A DNA stretch of 64,000 bases from Eledone cirrhosa (taxonomy: Eukaryota): contig OZ024763.1 of NCBI GenBank assembly GCA_964016885.1, positions 7,936,001-8,000,000 on the forward strand, given 5' to 3'. The position numbers and the translations under genes are program-made. How positions within the stretch are numbered: position 1 is the first letter of the stretch; each line of letters opens with the position of its first letter. Under the pieces are notes generated by a model. It saw only the letters and a list, made by a program, of their open reading frames with translations. It was not told where the DNA came from and did no database searches. Of the stretch, positions 29,105-42,892 are shown one piece after another.

Positions 29105-29560
29105 CAAAGGGCAAAGGAGCTCTTAAGAGTCAATGGCCATCCAAAATCACCGGGAGAGATGACCCCTTAGCCTTTGTCAAGGCAGAATTCTAGGAGAAGG
29201 AAAACTCTGATATAACACCTGCAACCCTGATGGTATCCAATGATGTTGACTTGTTCTTCTTTTTGGTAAATATCATCTTGGTTAAGAGAGTGGGACTGGC
29301 TTTGTGCAGTGCCTTTGCTCACTATAAAAGCTTCACGGCACAGGCATTGCTTTATATCTGGAGATCTCTCTGCACTTGTCGTCACATGGTACCATGGGCC
29401 CAACACTATGTGTCAATAATTGTCACAAGTGTAGTCTTTGTACCAGAGTTTTCAAGTCGCTGGCTGGACTAAAAAGTCACACTCGTTCAGCGCATCAGTA
29501 GGGGTTCTCCTACATGGATATAAAGTAGTGGCCGTACTCGAAAACGAGTTGGCAGCCACC
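29105..29560 (+). mobile_element. Non-autonomous, probably RTE-derived retroelement in (TA)n
   Basis: It contains AGGAGAAGGAAAACTCTGAT (RTE 5'UTR-like) and ends CTCGAAAACGAGTTGGCAGCC (RTE-like 3' end). Relatives lie at 25170-25299 and 39410-39610 (-). Confidence 0.55.
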
Positions 29561-29917
29561 ATATATATATATAGACTGTTACCTGTGTATATATAGACTG
29601 TTACCTGTGTATATATAGACTGTTACCTGTGTATAGACTGTTACCTGTGTATATAGTGATGTATATATATATATAGACTGTTACCTGTGTATATAGTGAT
29701 GTATATATATATAGACTGTTACCTGTGTATATAGTGATGTATATATATATAGACTGTTACCTGTGTATATAGTGATGTGTATATATATAGACTGTTACCT
29801 GTGTATATAGTGATGTGTGTATATATATAGACTGTTACCTGTGTATATAGTGTGTATATATATATATATAGACTGTTACCTGTGTATATAGTGATGTGTA
29901 TATATATAGACTGTTAC

Positions 29918-29948
<31 letters not shown>

Positions 29949-30127
29949 GACTGTTACCTGTGTATATAGCGATGTATATATATATAGACTGTTACCTGTG
30001 TATATAGTGATGTATATATATATATAGAGACTGTTACCTGTGTATATAGCGATGTATATATATATAGACTGTTACCTGTGTATATAGTGATGTGTATATA
30101 TATAGACTGTTACCTGTGTATATAGTG

Positions 30128-30165
<38 letters not shown>

Positions 30166-30339
30166 TGTTACCTGTGTATATATATATATAGACTGCTACT
30201 TGTGTATATAGTGATGTGTATATATATATATAGACTGTTACCTGTGTATATAGTGATGTGTATATATATATATAGACTGTTACCTGTGTATATAGTGATG
30301 TATATATATATATATAGACTGTTACCTGTGTATATAGCG

Positions 30340-30375
<36 letters not shown>

Positions 30376-30887
30376 TGTTACCTGTGTATATATATATATA
30401 GACTGTTACTTGTGTATATAGTGATGTGTATATATATATATAGACTGTTACTTGTGTATATAGTGATGTGTATATATATATATAGACTGTTACCTGTGTA
30501 TATAGTGATGTGTATATATATATATAGACTGTTACCTGTGTATATAGTGATGTATATATATATATATATAGACTGTTACCTGTGTATATAGCGATGTGTA
30601 TATATATAGACTGTTACCTGTGTATATAGTGATGTGTATATATATAGACTGTTACCTGTGTATATAGTGATGTATATATATATAGACTGTTACCTGTGTG
30701 TATAGTGATGTGTATATATATATATAGACTGTTACTTGTGTATATAGTGATGGGTATATATAGACTGTTACCTGTGTATATAGTGATGTATATATAGACT
30801 GTTACCTGTGTATAAAGTGATGTATATATAGACTGTTACCTGTGTATATAGTGATGTATATATATAGACTGTTACTTGTGTATATAG

Positions 30888-30923
<36 letters not shown>

Positions 30924-31422
30924 TGTTACCTGTGTATATAGTGATGTGTATATATATATAGACTGTTACCTGTGTATATATATAGATGTATATATATATA
31001 TAGATGTGTATATATATAGATGTGTATATATATAGGTGTATATATATATATATAGATGTGTATATATATATAGATGTGTATATATATATAGATGTGTATA
31101 TGATACCCAGAAGTGATCATATGTAACTTGGTATGAATCTAATTACCCTTACCCCAGGGGATAAAAGGTAATGTTGCTGTTTCACCTGTTGTTACTGTTG
31201 TTGTTGTTGTTACTGTTAATGCTGTTGTTGTTGTAGTAATTACTATTATAACTGTTGTTGTTGTTACTGTTGTGGTAGTAACTATTGTTGTTATTGTTAC
31301 TGTTGTTACTGTTGTTGTTACTGTTGTTGTTGTTACTGTTGTTGTTGTTGTTATTGTTGTTGTTAGAGTAGTAATTGATTTCTGCTCTATATTTAATTAC
31401 TCATTTACTGAGGTTTGCTACA

Positions 31423-34400
31423 ATTGTACCACCTTTCCTGCCCCACTAAGTACCACCAGTAAGTAAATACTCTGCATTACTTTAGATTGTACCACCTTTC
31501 CTGCCCCACTAAGTACCACCAGTCAGTAAATACTCTGCATTACTTTAGATTGTACCACCTTTCCTGTCCCACTAAGTACCACCAGTCAGTAAATACTCTG
31601 CATTACTTTAGATTGTACCACCTTTCCTGCCCCACTAAGTACCACCAGTCAGTAAATACTCTGCATTACTTTAGATTGTACCACCTTTCCTGCCCCACTA
31701 AGTACCACCAGTAAGTAAATACTCTGCATTACTTTAGATTGTACCACCTTTCCTGCCCCACTAAGTACCACCAGTCAGTAAATACTCTGCATTACTTTAG
31801 ATTGTACCACCTTTCCTGTCCCACTAAGTACCACCAGTCAGTAAATACTCTGCATTACTTTAGATTGTACCACCTTTCCTGCCCCACTAAGTACCACCAG
31901 TAAGTAAATACTCTGCATTACTTTAGATTGTACCACCTTTCCTGCCCCACTAAGTACCACCAGTCAGTAAATACTCTGCATTACTTTAGATTGTACCACC
32001 TTTCCTGCCCCACTAAGTACCACCAGTCAGTAAATACTCTGCATTACTTTAGATTGTACCACCTTTCCTGTCCCACTAAGTACCACCAGTCAGTAAATAC
32101 TCTGCATTACTTTAGATTGTACCACCTTTCCTGCCCCACTAAGTACCACCAGTCAGTAAATACTCTGCATTACTTTAGATTGTACCACCTTTCCTGCCCC
32201 ACTAAGTACCACCAGTCAGTAAATACTCTGCATTACTTTAGATTGTACCACCTTTCCTGCCCCACTAAGTACCACCAGTCAGTAAATACTCTGCATTACT
32301 TTAGATTGTACCACCTTTCCTGTCCCACTAAGTACCACCAGTCAGTAAATACTCTGCATTACTTTAGATTGTACCATCTTTCCTGTCCCACTAAGTACCA
32401 CCAGTCAGTAAATACTCTGCATTACTTTAGATTGTACCATCTTTCCTGTCCCACTAAGTACCACCAGTAAGTAAATACTCTGCATTACTTTAGATTGTAC
32501 CACCTTTCCTGTCCCACTAAGTACCACCAGTAAGTAAATACTCTGCATTACTTTAGATTGTACCACCTTTCCTGTCCCACTAAGTACCACCAGTAAGTAA
32601 ATACTCTGCATTACTTTAGATTGTACCACCTTTCCTGTCCCACTAAGTACCACCAGTCAGTAAATACTCTGCATTACTTTAGATTGTACCACCTTTCCTG
32701 CCCCACTAAGTACCACCAGTCAGTAAATACTCTGCATTACTTTAGATTGTACCACCTTTCCTGCCCCACTAAGTACCACCAGTAAGTAAATACTCTGCAT
32801 TACTTTAGATTGTACCACCTTTCCTGCCCCACTAAGTACCACCAGTAAGTAAATACTCTGCATTACTTTAGATTGTACCATCTTTCCTGCCCCACTAAGT
32901 ACCACCAGTCAGTAAATACTCTGCATTACTTTAGATTGTACCACCTTTCCTGCCCCACTAAGTACCACCAGTCAGTAAATACTCTGCATTACTTTAGATT
33001 GTACCACCTTTCCTGCCCCACTAAGTACCACCAGTCAGTAAATACTCTGCATTACTTTAGATTGTACCACCTTTCCTGCCCCACTAAGTACCACCAGTCA
33101 GTAAATACTCTGCATTACTTTAGATTGTACCACCTTTCCTGCCCCACTAAGTACCACCAGTCAGTAAATACTCTGCATTACTTTAGATTGTACCACCTTT
33201 CCTGTCCCACTAAGTACCACCAGTCAGTAAATACTCTGCATTACTTTAGATTGTACCACCTTTCCTGCCCCACTAAGTACCACCAGTCAGTAAATACTCT
33301 GCATTACTTTAGATTGTACCACCTTTCCTGCCCCACTAAGTACCACCAGTCAGTAAATACTCTGCATTACTTTAGATTGTACCACCTTTCCTGCCCCACT
33401 AAGTACCACCAGTCAGTAAATACTCTGCATTACTTTAGATTGTACCACCTTTCCTGTCCCACTAAGTACCACCAGTCAGTAAATACTCTGCATTACTTTA
33501 GATTGTACCACCTTTCCTGTCCCACTAAGTACCACCAGTCAGTAAATACTCTGCATTACTTTAGATTGTACCACCTTTCCTGCCCCACTAAGTACCACCA
33601 GTAAGTAAATACTCTGCATTACTTTAGATTGTACCACCTTTCCTGTCCCACTAAGTACCACCAGTCAGTAAATACTCTGCATTACTTTAGATTGTACCAC
33701 CTTTCCTGTCCCACTAAGTACCACCAGTCAGTAAATACTCTGCATTACTTTAGATTGTACCACCTTTCCTGTCCCACTAAGTACCACCAGTCAGTAAATA
33801 CTCTGCATTACTTTAGATTGTACCACCTTTCCTGTCCCACTAAGTACCACCAGTCAGTAAATACTCTGCATTACTTTAGATTGTACCACCTTTCCTGCCC
33901 CACTAAGTACCACCAGTAAGTAAATACTCTGCATTACTTTAGATTGTACCACCTTTCCTGCCCCACTAAGTACCACCAGTCAGTAAATACTCTGCATTAC
34001 TTTAGATTGTACCACCTTTCCTGCCCCACTAAGTACCACCAGTCAGTAAATACTCTGCATTACTTTAGATTGTACCACCTTTCCTGTCCCACTAAGTACC
34101 ACCAGTCAGTAAATACTCTGCATTACTTTAGATTGTACCACCTTTCCTGTCCCACTAAGTACCACCAGTCAGTAAATACTCTGCATTACTTTAGATTGTA
34201 CCACCTTTCCTGCCCCACTAAGTACCACCAGTAAGTAAATACTCTGCATTACTTTAGATTGTACCACCTTTCCTGCCCCACTAAGTACCACCAGTCAGTA
34301 AATACTCTGCATTACTTTAGATTGTACCACCTTTCCTGCCCCACTAAGTACCACCAGTCAGTAAATACTCTGCATTACTTTAGATTGTACCACCTTTCCT

Positions 34401-34449
34401 GCCCCACTAAGTACCACCAGTAAGTAAATACTCTGCATTACTTTAGATT
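31423..34449. repeat. 63-bp satellite, ~48 highly homogeneous copies
   Basis: Unit is ATTGTACCACCTTTCCTG(C/T)CCCACTAAGTACCACCAGT(C/A)AGTAAATACTCTGCATTACTTTAG. Confidence 0.97.
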
Positions 34450-34699
34450 CCTTCATCAAATCAACAGCAAAAACATTGAATGTAATTAACACAACATCGA
34501 TAATGGTTTCTAATTTAGGCACAAGGTCAGGACTTGGTGGGGAGATGGTAGTAAGTTGGTTACATTCACCCCTCAGTACTTGACTGCTACTTTATTTTAT
34601 TTTATCGATACCTATGTCAGCTGTCGAGACACTGCATCCTTCTAAACTTCCATGCTTCCTGAAATTTGCCAACACTACACCTGATATTCCCCCTACATA

Positions 34700-34842
34700 C
34701 ACATGCACACATGTGTATGTGTATCATAACTCATACACTGTTCACTTCCTTGACATTTCTACATTATTCTATGTACTATACATGCACCTTTGATGAGTTG
34801 TAGTGCACCTGAGCACTGTACACAATAATTTTCATTATCATT
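34700..34842. repeat. Interspersed repeat fragment, second copy at ~46925-47032
   Basis: Both copies share CTCATACACTGTTCA..TGACATTT.TACATTATTCTATGTACTATACATGCACCTTTGATGAGTTGTAGTGCACCTGAGCACTGTACACAATAATTTTCATTAT. Confidence 0.75.
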
Positions 34843-35454
34843 AACAAGATGAGAGTTAACCCTTTAACATTTAAACCAGCCATAACCAGCCAGAATTCTC
34901 TCACATCTTTCTGTTCTAACTGGCTGCTCATACTGATGTTAAGGTAATGTTCTCAAAATAAATAACATCAAAATCTCATAGACTCAATACTATGTGAAAT
35001 AAAGTTTTTACCGTGAAAATGCAATAGTAAATATAGAGGAAGAGAAAGTCGATTAAATCGACCCCCAGTACATTACTGATACTTTATTTTATCAACCCTG
35101 GGAGAATGAAAGACTAAATTGAACTCAGAATATAAAGAGCCACAACAAATACCACAATGGCATTTTATCTGATGCTCTACCGACTTTGCAAATCTGCAAA
35201 CCTTTAACATAATGTAATCTTAATATAAATTGTTTACATATTAAAAAATATCTTATATATGTTTGTGTGTGTATGTGAGTGTGTATATGTAAGTGTGTGT
35301 ATGTATGTATATATGTGTGTGTGAGTGTGTGTATGTGAGTGTGTGTATGTATGTATATATGTGTGTGTGTGTGTGTATTTATATATCCAGCGAACCTTCA
35401 ACCGTCAAGGTTGTTTTTCTAAGGGTATGTCAACATTTATAAAACAAATTTTGT

Positions 35455-35518
35455 ATTTTATCTGATGAAAGCGCACCAAAACTACCTTGGTTGCCCTTGA
35501 AATATATATAATAAAATA
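35455..35518 (+). ncRNA. Putative minimal hammerhead ribozyme motif (Penelope-like remnant)
   Basis: TTTTAT-CTGATGA-imperfect stem (AAGCGCACC..GGTTGCCCTT)-GAAA-TATATATA-ATAAAA. Confidence 0.4.
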
Positions 35519-35974
35519 ATTATGGTTTTATAAATATAGTTTCCATTTACTAATATATTGAATATTTACTCCATTTATCTGTTGAGTGCTTTATATCAGT
35601 TATAAAACTTTTAAGCTCGTTGAATCCCAACAAATTAAACATAACTTCTGCATACATAACATATATATATATATGCTTATATGTATGTATGTGTATATAT
35701 GCATGTTTGTATATACATCCATGCAGGTATGTATATACATTGGTCAGACAATGAAGGTTATCCCATCTTTCAATCACCGACCTAGTCACCCCTTCAAATC
35801 TGTGGTTTGGCTTCAACCAACACTTTCATCTATGATAGATGAGTCTATGCTGCTGCCCTCTTGTGGTGAGATAAATTAACCTTCCATCAGACGTGTGGAG
35901 CCATTCCTTCACTACTTACTATACCAGAAACAACATGTCAAACATTCCCCACCAACTCCACCACAGAATAATAA

Positions 35975-37430
35975 CTATAGTTTATACTTTTGGCACAAGG
36001 CCAGCAATTAACCCCAGTGTATTACTGGTACTTTATTTTATCAACCCCCATAAAGATGAAAGGCACACCAGACACCACCACCACCACACCACACACCCCA
36101 TACCTAACACCACACCATACCACACCACCACCACCACACCACACACCCCATACCTAACACCACACCATACCACCATCACACCACACCACCACCACCACAC
36201 CACACACCCCATACCTAACACCACACCACACCACACCACCACCACCACACCACACACCCCATACCTAACACCACACCACACCACACCACACCACACCACC
36301 ACCACACCACACCACCACCACACCCCATACCTAACACCACACCATACCACCACCACACCACACCACACCACACCACCACCACACCCCATACCTAACACCA
36401 CACCATACCACCATCACACCACACCACACCACACCACCACCACACCACACACCCCATACCTAACACCACACCATACCACCATCACACCACACCACACCAC
36501 ACCACCACCACCACACACCCCATACCTAACACCACACCATACCACCATCACACCACACCACACCACACCACCACACCACACCACACACCCCATACCTAAC
36601 ACCACACCACACCACCACACCACACCACCACACCACACACCCCATACCTAACACCACACCATACCACCATCACACCACACCACCACCACCACCACACCAC
36701 ACACCCCATACCTAACACCACACCATACCACCATCACACCACACCACACCACCACACCACACCACACACCCCATACCTAACACCACACCACACCACCACA
36801 CCACACACCCCATACCTAACACCACACCACACCACCACACACCCCATACCTAACACCACACCACACCACACCACCACACCACACTACACTTTACCAATTA
36901 TCCCAGTAAATTACTGGTACTGTATTTTATCGACCCCGTCAGGATGAAAGGGTTAGGGTTATTTAAAAAAATAATAATATATAAATGTTTCAACTTTTTA
37001 GCACAAGGCCAGCAATTACCCCCAGTGTATTACTGGTACTTTATTTTATCGAACTTGTAAGGATGAAAGGCAAAGTTGACCTCGGCAGGATTTGAACTCA
37101 AACCGTAAAGGGCCGTAACTCTATGCTGCAAAGCAAGGTGTCCGACCCCCTACCGATACTGCCAATCCACATTGTAACCACCTATTATTATTATGATGAT
37201 TTTGCCTTTCATCCTTACGGGGTTGATAAAATAAAGTACCAGTAATACACTGAGATTATTTGCTGGCCTTGTGCCTATCGTGGAAACAATTATTATGATG
37301 ATTACTTCAGTTCCAATCCTGCCAAGGTTAACTTTGCCTTTCATCCTCAGGATCGATAAAATAAAGTACCAGTAATACACTGGGATAATTGCTGGCCTTG
37401 TGCCAAAAGTAGAAACAAATCATTATTATT
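35975..37430. mobile_element. Cluster of Nin/Deu-type SINE copies in both orientations, one interrupted by a CACACCCCATACCTAAC minisatellite (36065-36890)
   Basis: Minus copies at ~35975-36065, ~36895-36950 and ~36985-37170. Plus partial copies at ~37200-37290 and ~37310-37420. Confidence 0.75.
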
Positions 37431-37813
37431 ACCGCTCGTTTATGACATTCCACTGTCTTTTAATTGGATGCTAGTGTCTTTCTTTCTGTTTATAAATTTC
37501 TTTTTCTCGTTGAGAAGATTGCAAATTTGTTTCATAGTCAACGTAACTTGTCTTTGTCCATGATTATGAATATATTACTTCTGTCATTCATCTATATTGT
37601 TATATTGTACATATTGGCGATATATCTGTATGTGTACTTGGACATGTGTGTGTGTAGATGTGTGTGTATGTAGATGTGTGTGTGTAGATGTGGATTTGTG
37701 ATGGGGGAGTGTAGATATGTGAGAGGGGGGGTTATAGATGTGTGTGTATACAGATAGACATGTATTTATATAAGTATGTATATGCACACTGAAATACATA
37801 CATGTATATGTAA

Positions 37814-37968
<155 letters not shown>

Positions 37969-38028
37969 CATATATATATAATATATTTATAAATATAATT
38001 ACATATATAGATATAATTACATATGTGT

Positions 38029-38076
<48 letters not shown>

Positions 38077-38430
38077 TCATCATCATCACCAATAATTACT
38101 ATTTAGATTCTAGATTACCAGGAACCACGACACACACTTATATATACATATATATATACATATATATATACATATATATATATATACATATATAGAGAGA
38201 GAGAGAGTGGATATCACGCAACTCTAGCATAGCTTCTCATCAAGGCAAGAATTCTCGCTAGACATAACAGTTTGACGGGGATTAGGTCATTCGACGATTC
38301 CTTTAGAATTGGCAACATTTCCATTAGACATGTCTGTGTGTCTTCAATAATGTATGGAATTATATGACATTGGCACCACATTTCTTGGAAATGTTATTAC
38401 TTCAGCTACTTATATGTGTATTGTATATAG

Positions 38431-38548
<118 letters not shown>

Positions 38549-38604
38549 ATATATATATATATGTGTGTGTGTGTATATATATGTTATATTTATGTATATA
38601 TATG

Positions 38605-38649
<45 letters not shown>

Positions 38650-39409
38650 TATATGTGTATATATATGTGTGTGTGGTTGTGTATATATATATATATGTAT
38701 GTGTGTATATATGTATATATATATATATATGATATATGTATGTATGTATATATATATATATGTATGTATATGAGTGTATATACATATGTATATATATGTG
38801 TATGTATATATATATATATACATACATACACACGTGCGCAGATGCACACATACATGTACACACACACACACAGATACACACACAACCAACTACACTATCA
38901 CTCTATTTCTATCATGTTTCACATTTACTAAATATATGAATAATTGTACACATGTGTATATATATATACTCATGCACATACGTATATTATACATACATGT
39001 GCATATATGTATAATATTGGCAGCCTATCATTATGTTGTAACAGAAGAAGAAGGAGAAGGAGAAGAAGAAGGAGAAGAAGAAGAAGAAGAAGAAGAAGAA
39101 GAAGGAGAAGAAGAAGGAGAAGGAGAAGAAGAAGAAGAAGAAGAAGAAGAAGAAAGCAACAATAAGAATAACACCAACAACAATAATAAAAATATTAAAA
39201 ACAATAATAGGAAGGAGAAAAAATCAATGTTGTTCAATTATTGATAAACTTGTGCCATAACACATTCACAGATAAATCAAAACCATTTCTCAAGTTTGCT
39301 ACCATTTATATCTCCATCAAACTATGGCCTGTCTTACACACACATATCTATCTATATATATGCGTATATATATATATATATATACACACGCATATATATA
39401 TATGTATAT

Positions 39410-39610
39410 GATGGCTGCCCCCTCGTTATCGAGTATGGCCATTGCACGATATACCATTATTAATAATTATTAATTAATTCTATCGTGCAAGACCTGTGCG
39501 TGAAGATATTTTTTAAAGTGAGGAAAGACTGTGCACTGAGCCAATCCCACTCTCTGAGCGACAGTAGCTATAACCCGAAAAGAAGAAAAGATCAACATCA
39601 TCGGTAACTA
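39410..39610 (-). mobile_element. Diverged relative of the 29105-29560 element
   Basis: GGCTGCCCCCTCGTTATCGAGTATGGCC, CCAATCCCACTCTCT and AAGAAGAAAAGATCAACATCATCGG align to the reverse complement of that element. Confidence 0.55.
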
Positions 39611-39646
39611 CTGACACACACTTACAGACAGACATGTATATATATG

Positions 39647-39681
<35 letters not shown>

Positions 39682-39771
39682 CATCATCATCATCATCATC
39701 ATCAACGTTTAACGTCCGTGTTCCACATGTATATATATATATATGTATATATATATATGTATATATATATC

Positions 39772-40021
39772 AAAAGTGACACAGAGGAGACTGAGGTTGG
39801 CTGGACATGCTCACCGACATCCAGAGTTGACATTGCACTCAGTGCTCCTTTGGGAGCCCCTACATGGACACACTAGAAGAGGAAGACCAAGGTTAACGTA
39901 TGTTGATGCCCTAAGGACAGACACTGGTCTGTTGGAGACGCAGGACATGGCAGCGATAATGAGGGACAGAGACCGCTGAAGAGAACTCGTTCATGGATCT
40001 CGGGAATTTTACCCGCCTTAG
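39772..40021 (+). mobile_element. 5'-truncated RTE/RTEX-type LINE 3' end
   Basis: KVTQRRLRLAGHAHRHPE...VLLWEPLHGHTRRGRPRLTYVDALRTDTG...MRDRDR is a typical RTE-clade ORF C-terminus. It is flanked by (TA)n. Confidence 0.8.
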
Positions 40022-40025
40022 ATAG

Positions 40026-40081
<56 letters not shown>

Positions 40082-40144
40082 AGATCTATCTATCTATATA
40101 TACCTATCTCGCTCTCTCTATTCATTTCATTTCATTTCATTTCA

Positions 40145-40468
40145 TTTTACGTCCACGTTTCCCTGCTTGCAAGGGTGGGATGGGAACTGATTCTGGCTTG
40201 ATTTCTACAGCTGGATGCCCTTCCTAACACTAACCTCATTTACAGTGAGTGCTGGGTGCTTTTTTTGCCGTGGCACCTCCACGACCACTTTGCAGTGGAA
40301 TGATAGGGACCCCAGTCCCTATCATCTCATTTCTACAGCTGAGTAAACTGGAGCAATGTGAAATAAAGTGCCTTGCTCAAGGAAACAACACATCACCCGG
40401 TCTGAGAATTGAACTCACAATCTTTTGATTGCAAGGCCAATGCTCTAACCACTAAGCCATGTGCCTCC
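40145..40468 (-). mobile_element. CORE/Meta-like tRNA SINE (second copy)
   Basis: Near identical to 20205-20525. Confidence 0.8.
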
Positions 40469-40622
40469 ATATATATACATATATATATGAAGAAAAGCAC
40501 CCAGTCCACATTGTAAATGTAGTTGGCATTAGGACACAGTCACCTGACCCAACTTGCCTCAAATGGGACAACCCATCTAACCCATGCTAACATGGAAAAT
40601 GGACATTGAACGATGATGATGA

Positions 40623-40667
<45 letters not shown>

Positions 40668-41512
40668 TTAGTTCAGATCTAGCTGTCAAAATGGCTGGAG
40701 CTCAGCCATCAGTGGGGTGTTCTGAATCTTATATATACACACACTCACATACATACATACATATATATATGTGTACATACAATCATATATATATACACAC
40801 AAACATACATATATACATGCACATATACACACACAAACATACATACATACAGTCCAACACATATATACATGCATATATACACACCCAAACATACATACAT
40901 ACATACAGTCCAACACATATATACATGCATATATACACACACAAACATACATACATACAGTCCAACACATATATACATACACACATTCAATCACATATAT
41001 ACATACATACATGGATACACATACATACATACCAAATATATATACAAACATACACACACAGCCAAACATACATACATTCACACATTTATACAATTACCAT
41101 ACGATAGGATAACTAAACTTTAATGAAATGTGTAAGAAAGATTATATTAAAGCAGACTATATTTTGTGCTGTAAAGATTTTCTTTCAGGCTCACTAAATT
41201 CCTACATTATTGAACAGGGCCGCCAGAGAATTCATTGCTGGTCATCTTTTCTTCAAAAGATTTTTTCAATTCCTCCTGGTTTCTAACAATATGGCTTCTG
41301 TTGTATTTCAACAAGCCTTCATCCTATTCTCTCTCATCCACCATTTTGTATCTTCACCCCCACCACTGCCATCATCATCAGTTCTTCTCTATTTCCCTCT
41401 CAATAATATCAGCTCTATTTTTTTTTCTTCTTCTTCTTCTTCTTCTTCTTCTTCTTCTTCTTCCTGTTGTTGTTGCTGTTGTTGTCTGGTTTTGGCTTCC
41501 AATCTATGGATG

Positions 41513-41549
<37 letters not shown>

Positions 41550-42443
41550 CTGTTTCTCTCTCACTCACTCTCTGTGTCTCACTCTCACTCTTTCTCTCTC
41601 TGTATATATATATGTTTGTGTGTGTGTATGTATGTATGTATATAATGTAATGTATATGTGTATCTATGCATGTATGTTCAAATATATTTAAAACATACAC
41701 ATAGACACATACTTGTTCAAATATAAGTAATACACACATCTGGTCACACAAACACATCTGTAATACACACACATACACCCAAACACACATACACATCTGT
41801 TTACAAACTCAAACACATCTGTGAACACAAACACACACATCTATAAACAAACATCTAGGAACACAAACATCTGTAAACACAAACATCTGTGAACACAAAC
41901 ATCTGTGAACACAAACACACACATACACAGACACACACATCTGCAAACACACACATCTGTTCACACACAAACACACACATCTGTTCATACACATACAAAC
42001 CCATTCACACACACCTATGTAATATACACACAAACACATACACATAAATACCCACATCTGTCCACACACAAACCCACACATCTGTCCACACACAAACCCA
42101 CACATCTGTCCACACACACAAACACACACAAACCCCCACATCTGTCCCCCCACATACACACACATCTGTCCACACACATACACATACAAACCCCCAGATC
42201 TGTCCCCTCCCCCACACACACAAGCCCCCAGATCTGTCCCCCCACACAAACCCCCACATCTGTCCCCCCACACAAACCCCCAGATCTGTCCCCCCCACAC
42301 AAACCCCCAGATCTGTCCCCCACATCTACCCACACACCTATCTACTACCCAAATATATTTTTGTGTAGACAATCCAACAAAGAGCCAGAACTGTCAAAAA
42401 TAATGGAGTATATTTTTGTCTCCTTTTAATAATTCTTAATCTT

Positions 42444-42493
<50 letters not shown>

Positions 42494-42824
42494 ACTCTCT
42501 CTCTCCATCTTGTCTCTCTCTCTCTCACTCTCTCCCTCTTGTCTCTCTCTCTCCATCTTGTCTCTCTCTCTCCATCTTGTCTCTCTCTCTCCATCTTGTC
42601 TCTTTCTCTCTCCATCTTGTCTCTCTCTCTCTCCATCTTGTCTCTCTCTCTCCATCTTGTCTCTCTCTCCATCTTGTCTCTCTCTCTCTCCATCTTGTCT
42701 CTCTCTCTCTCCATCTTGTCTCTCTCTCTCTCTCTCTCTCCATCTTGTCTCTCTCTCTCCATTTTTAGATTATTCATAATCTTTTTAACTCTTCTGTCTC
42801 CTACATCTCTCCTTGTCCTTATAT

Positions 42825-42892
42825 GGACATAGTCTGGCTAAATCGTTAGGAGGCTTTGTTAGCAATCATTAGATTGCAGGTTCGATCAATCT
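42825..42892 (+). mobile_element. tRNA-like SINE head (putative Pol III A and B boxes)
   Basis: TGGCTAAATCGTTAGG ... GCAGGTTCGATC immediately precedes the 8-bp satellite. Confidence 0.45.

Larger units (their letters stand above)
27155..30985. repeat. Minisatellite GACTGTTACCTGTGTATATAGTGATG(TA)n, interrupted by two insertions
   Basis: Constant core with variable (TA)n spacers. The Tc1 and the RTE-derived element are inserted at TA runs. Confidence 0.92.

Noticed and set aside
27155-34449. CRISPR-like appearance of regularly spaced repeats
   Set aside because: Units are head-to-tail or separated only by (TA)n. There are no unique spacers or cas genes, and the context is eukaryotic.
36948-36962. 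TTAGGG telomere-like motifs here and near 62100-63600
   Set aside because: These are isolated or non-tandem copies, not a telomeric array.
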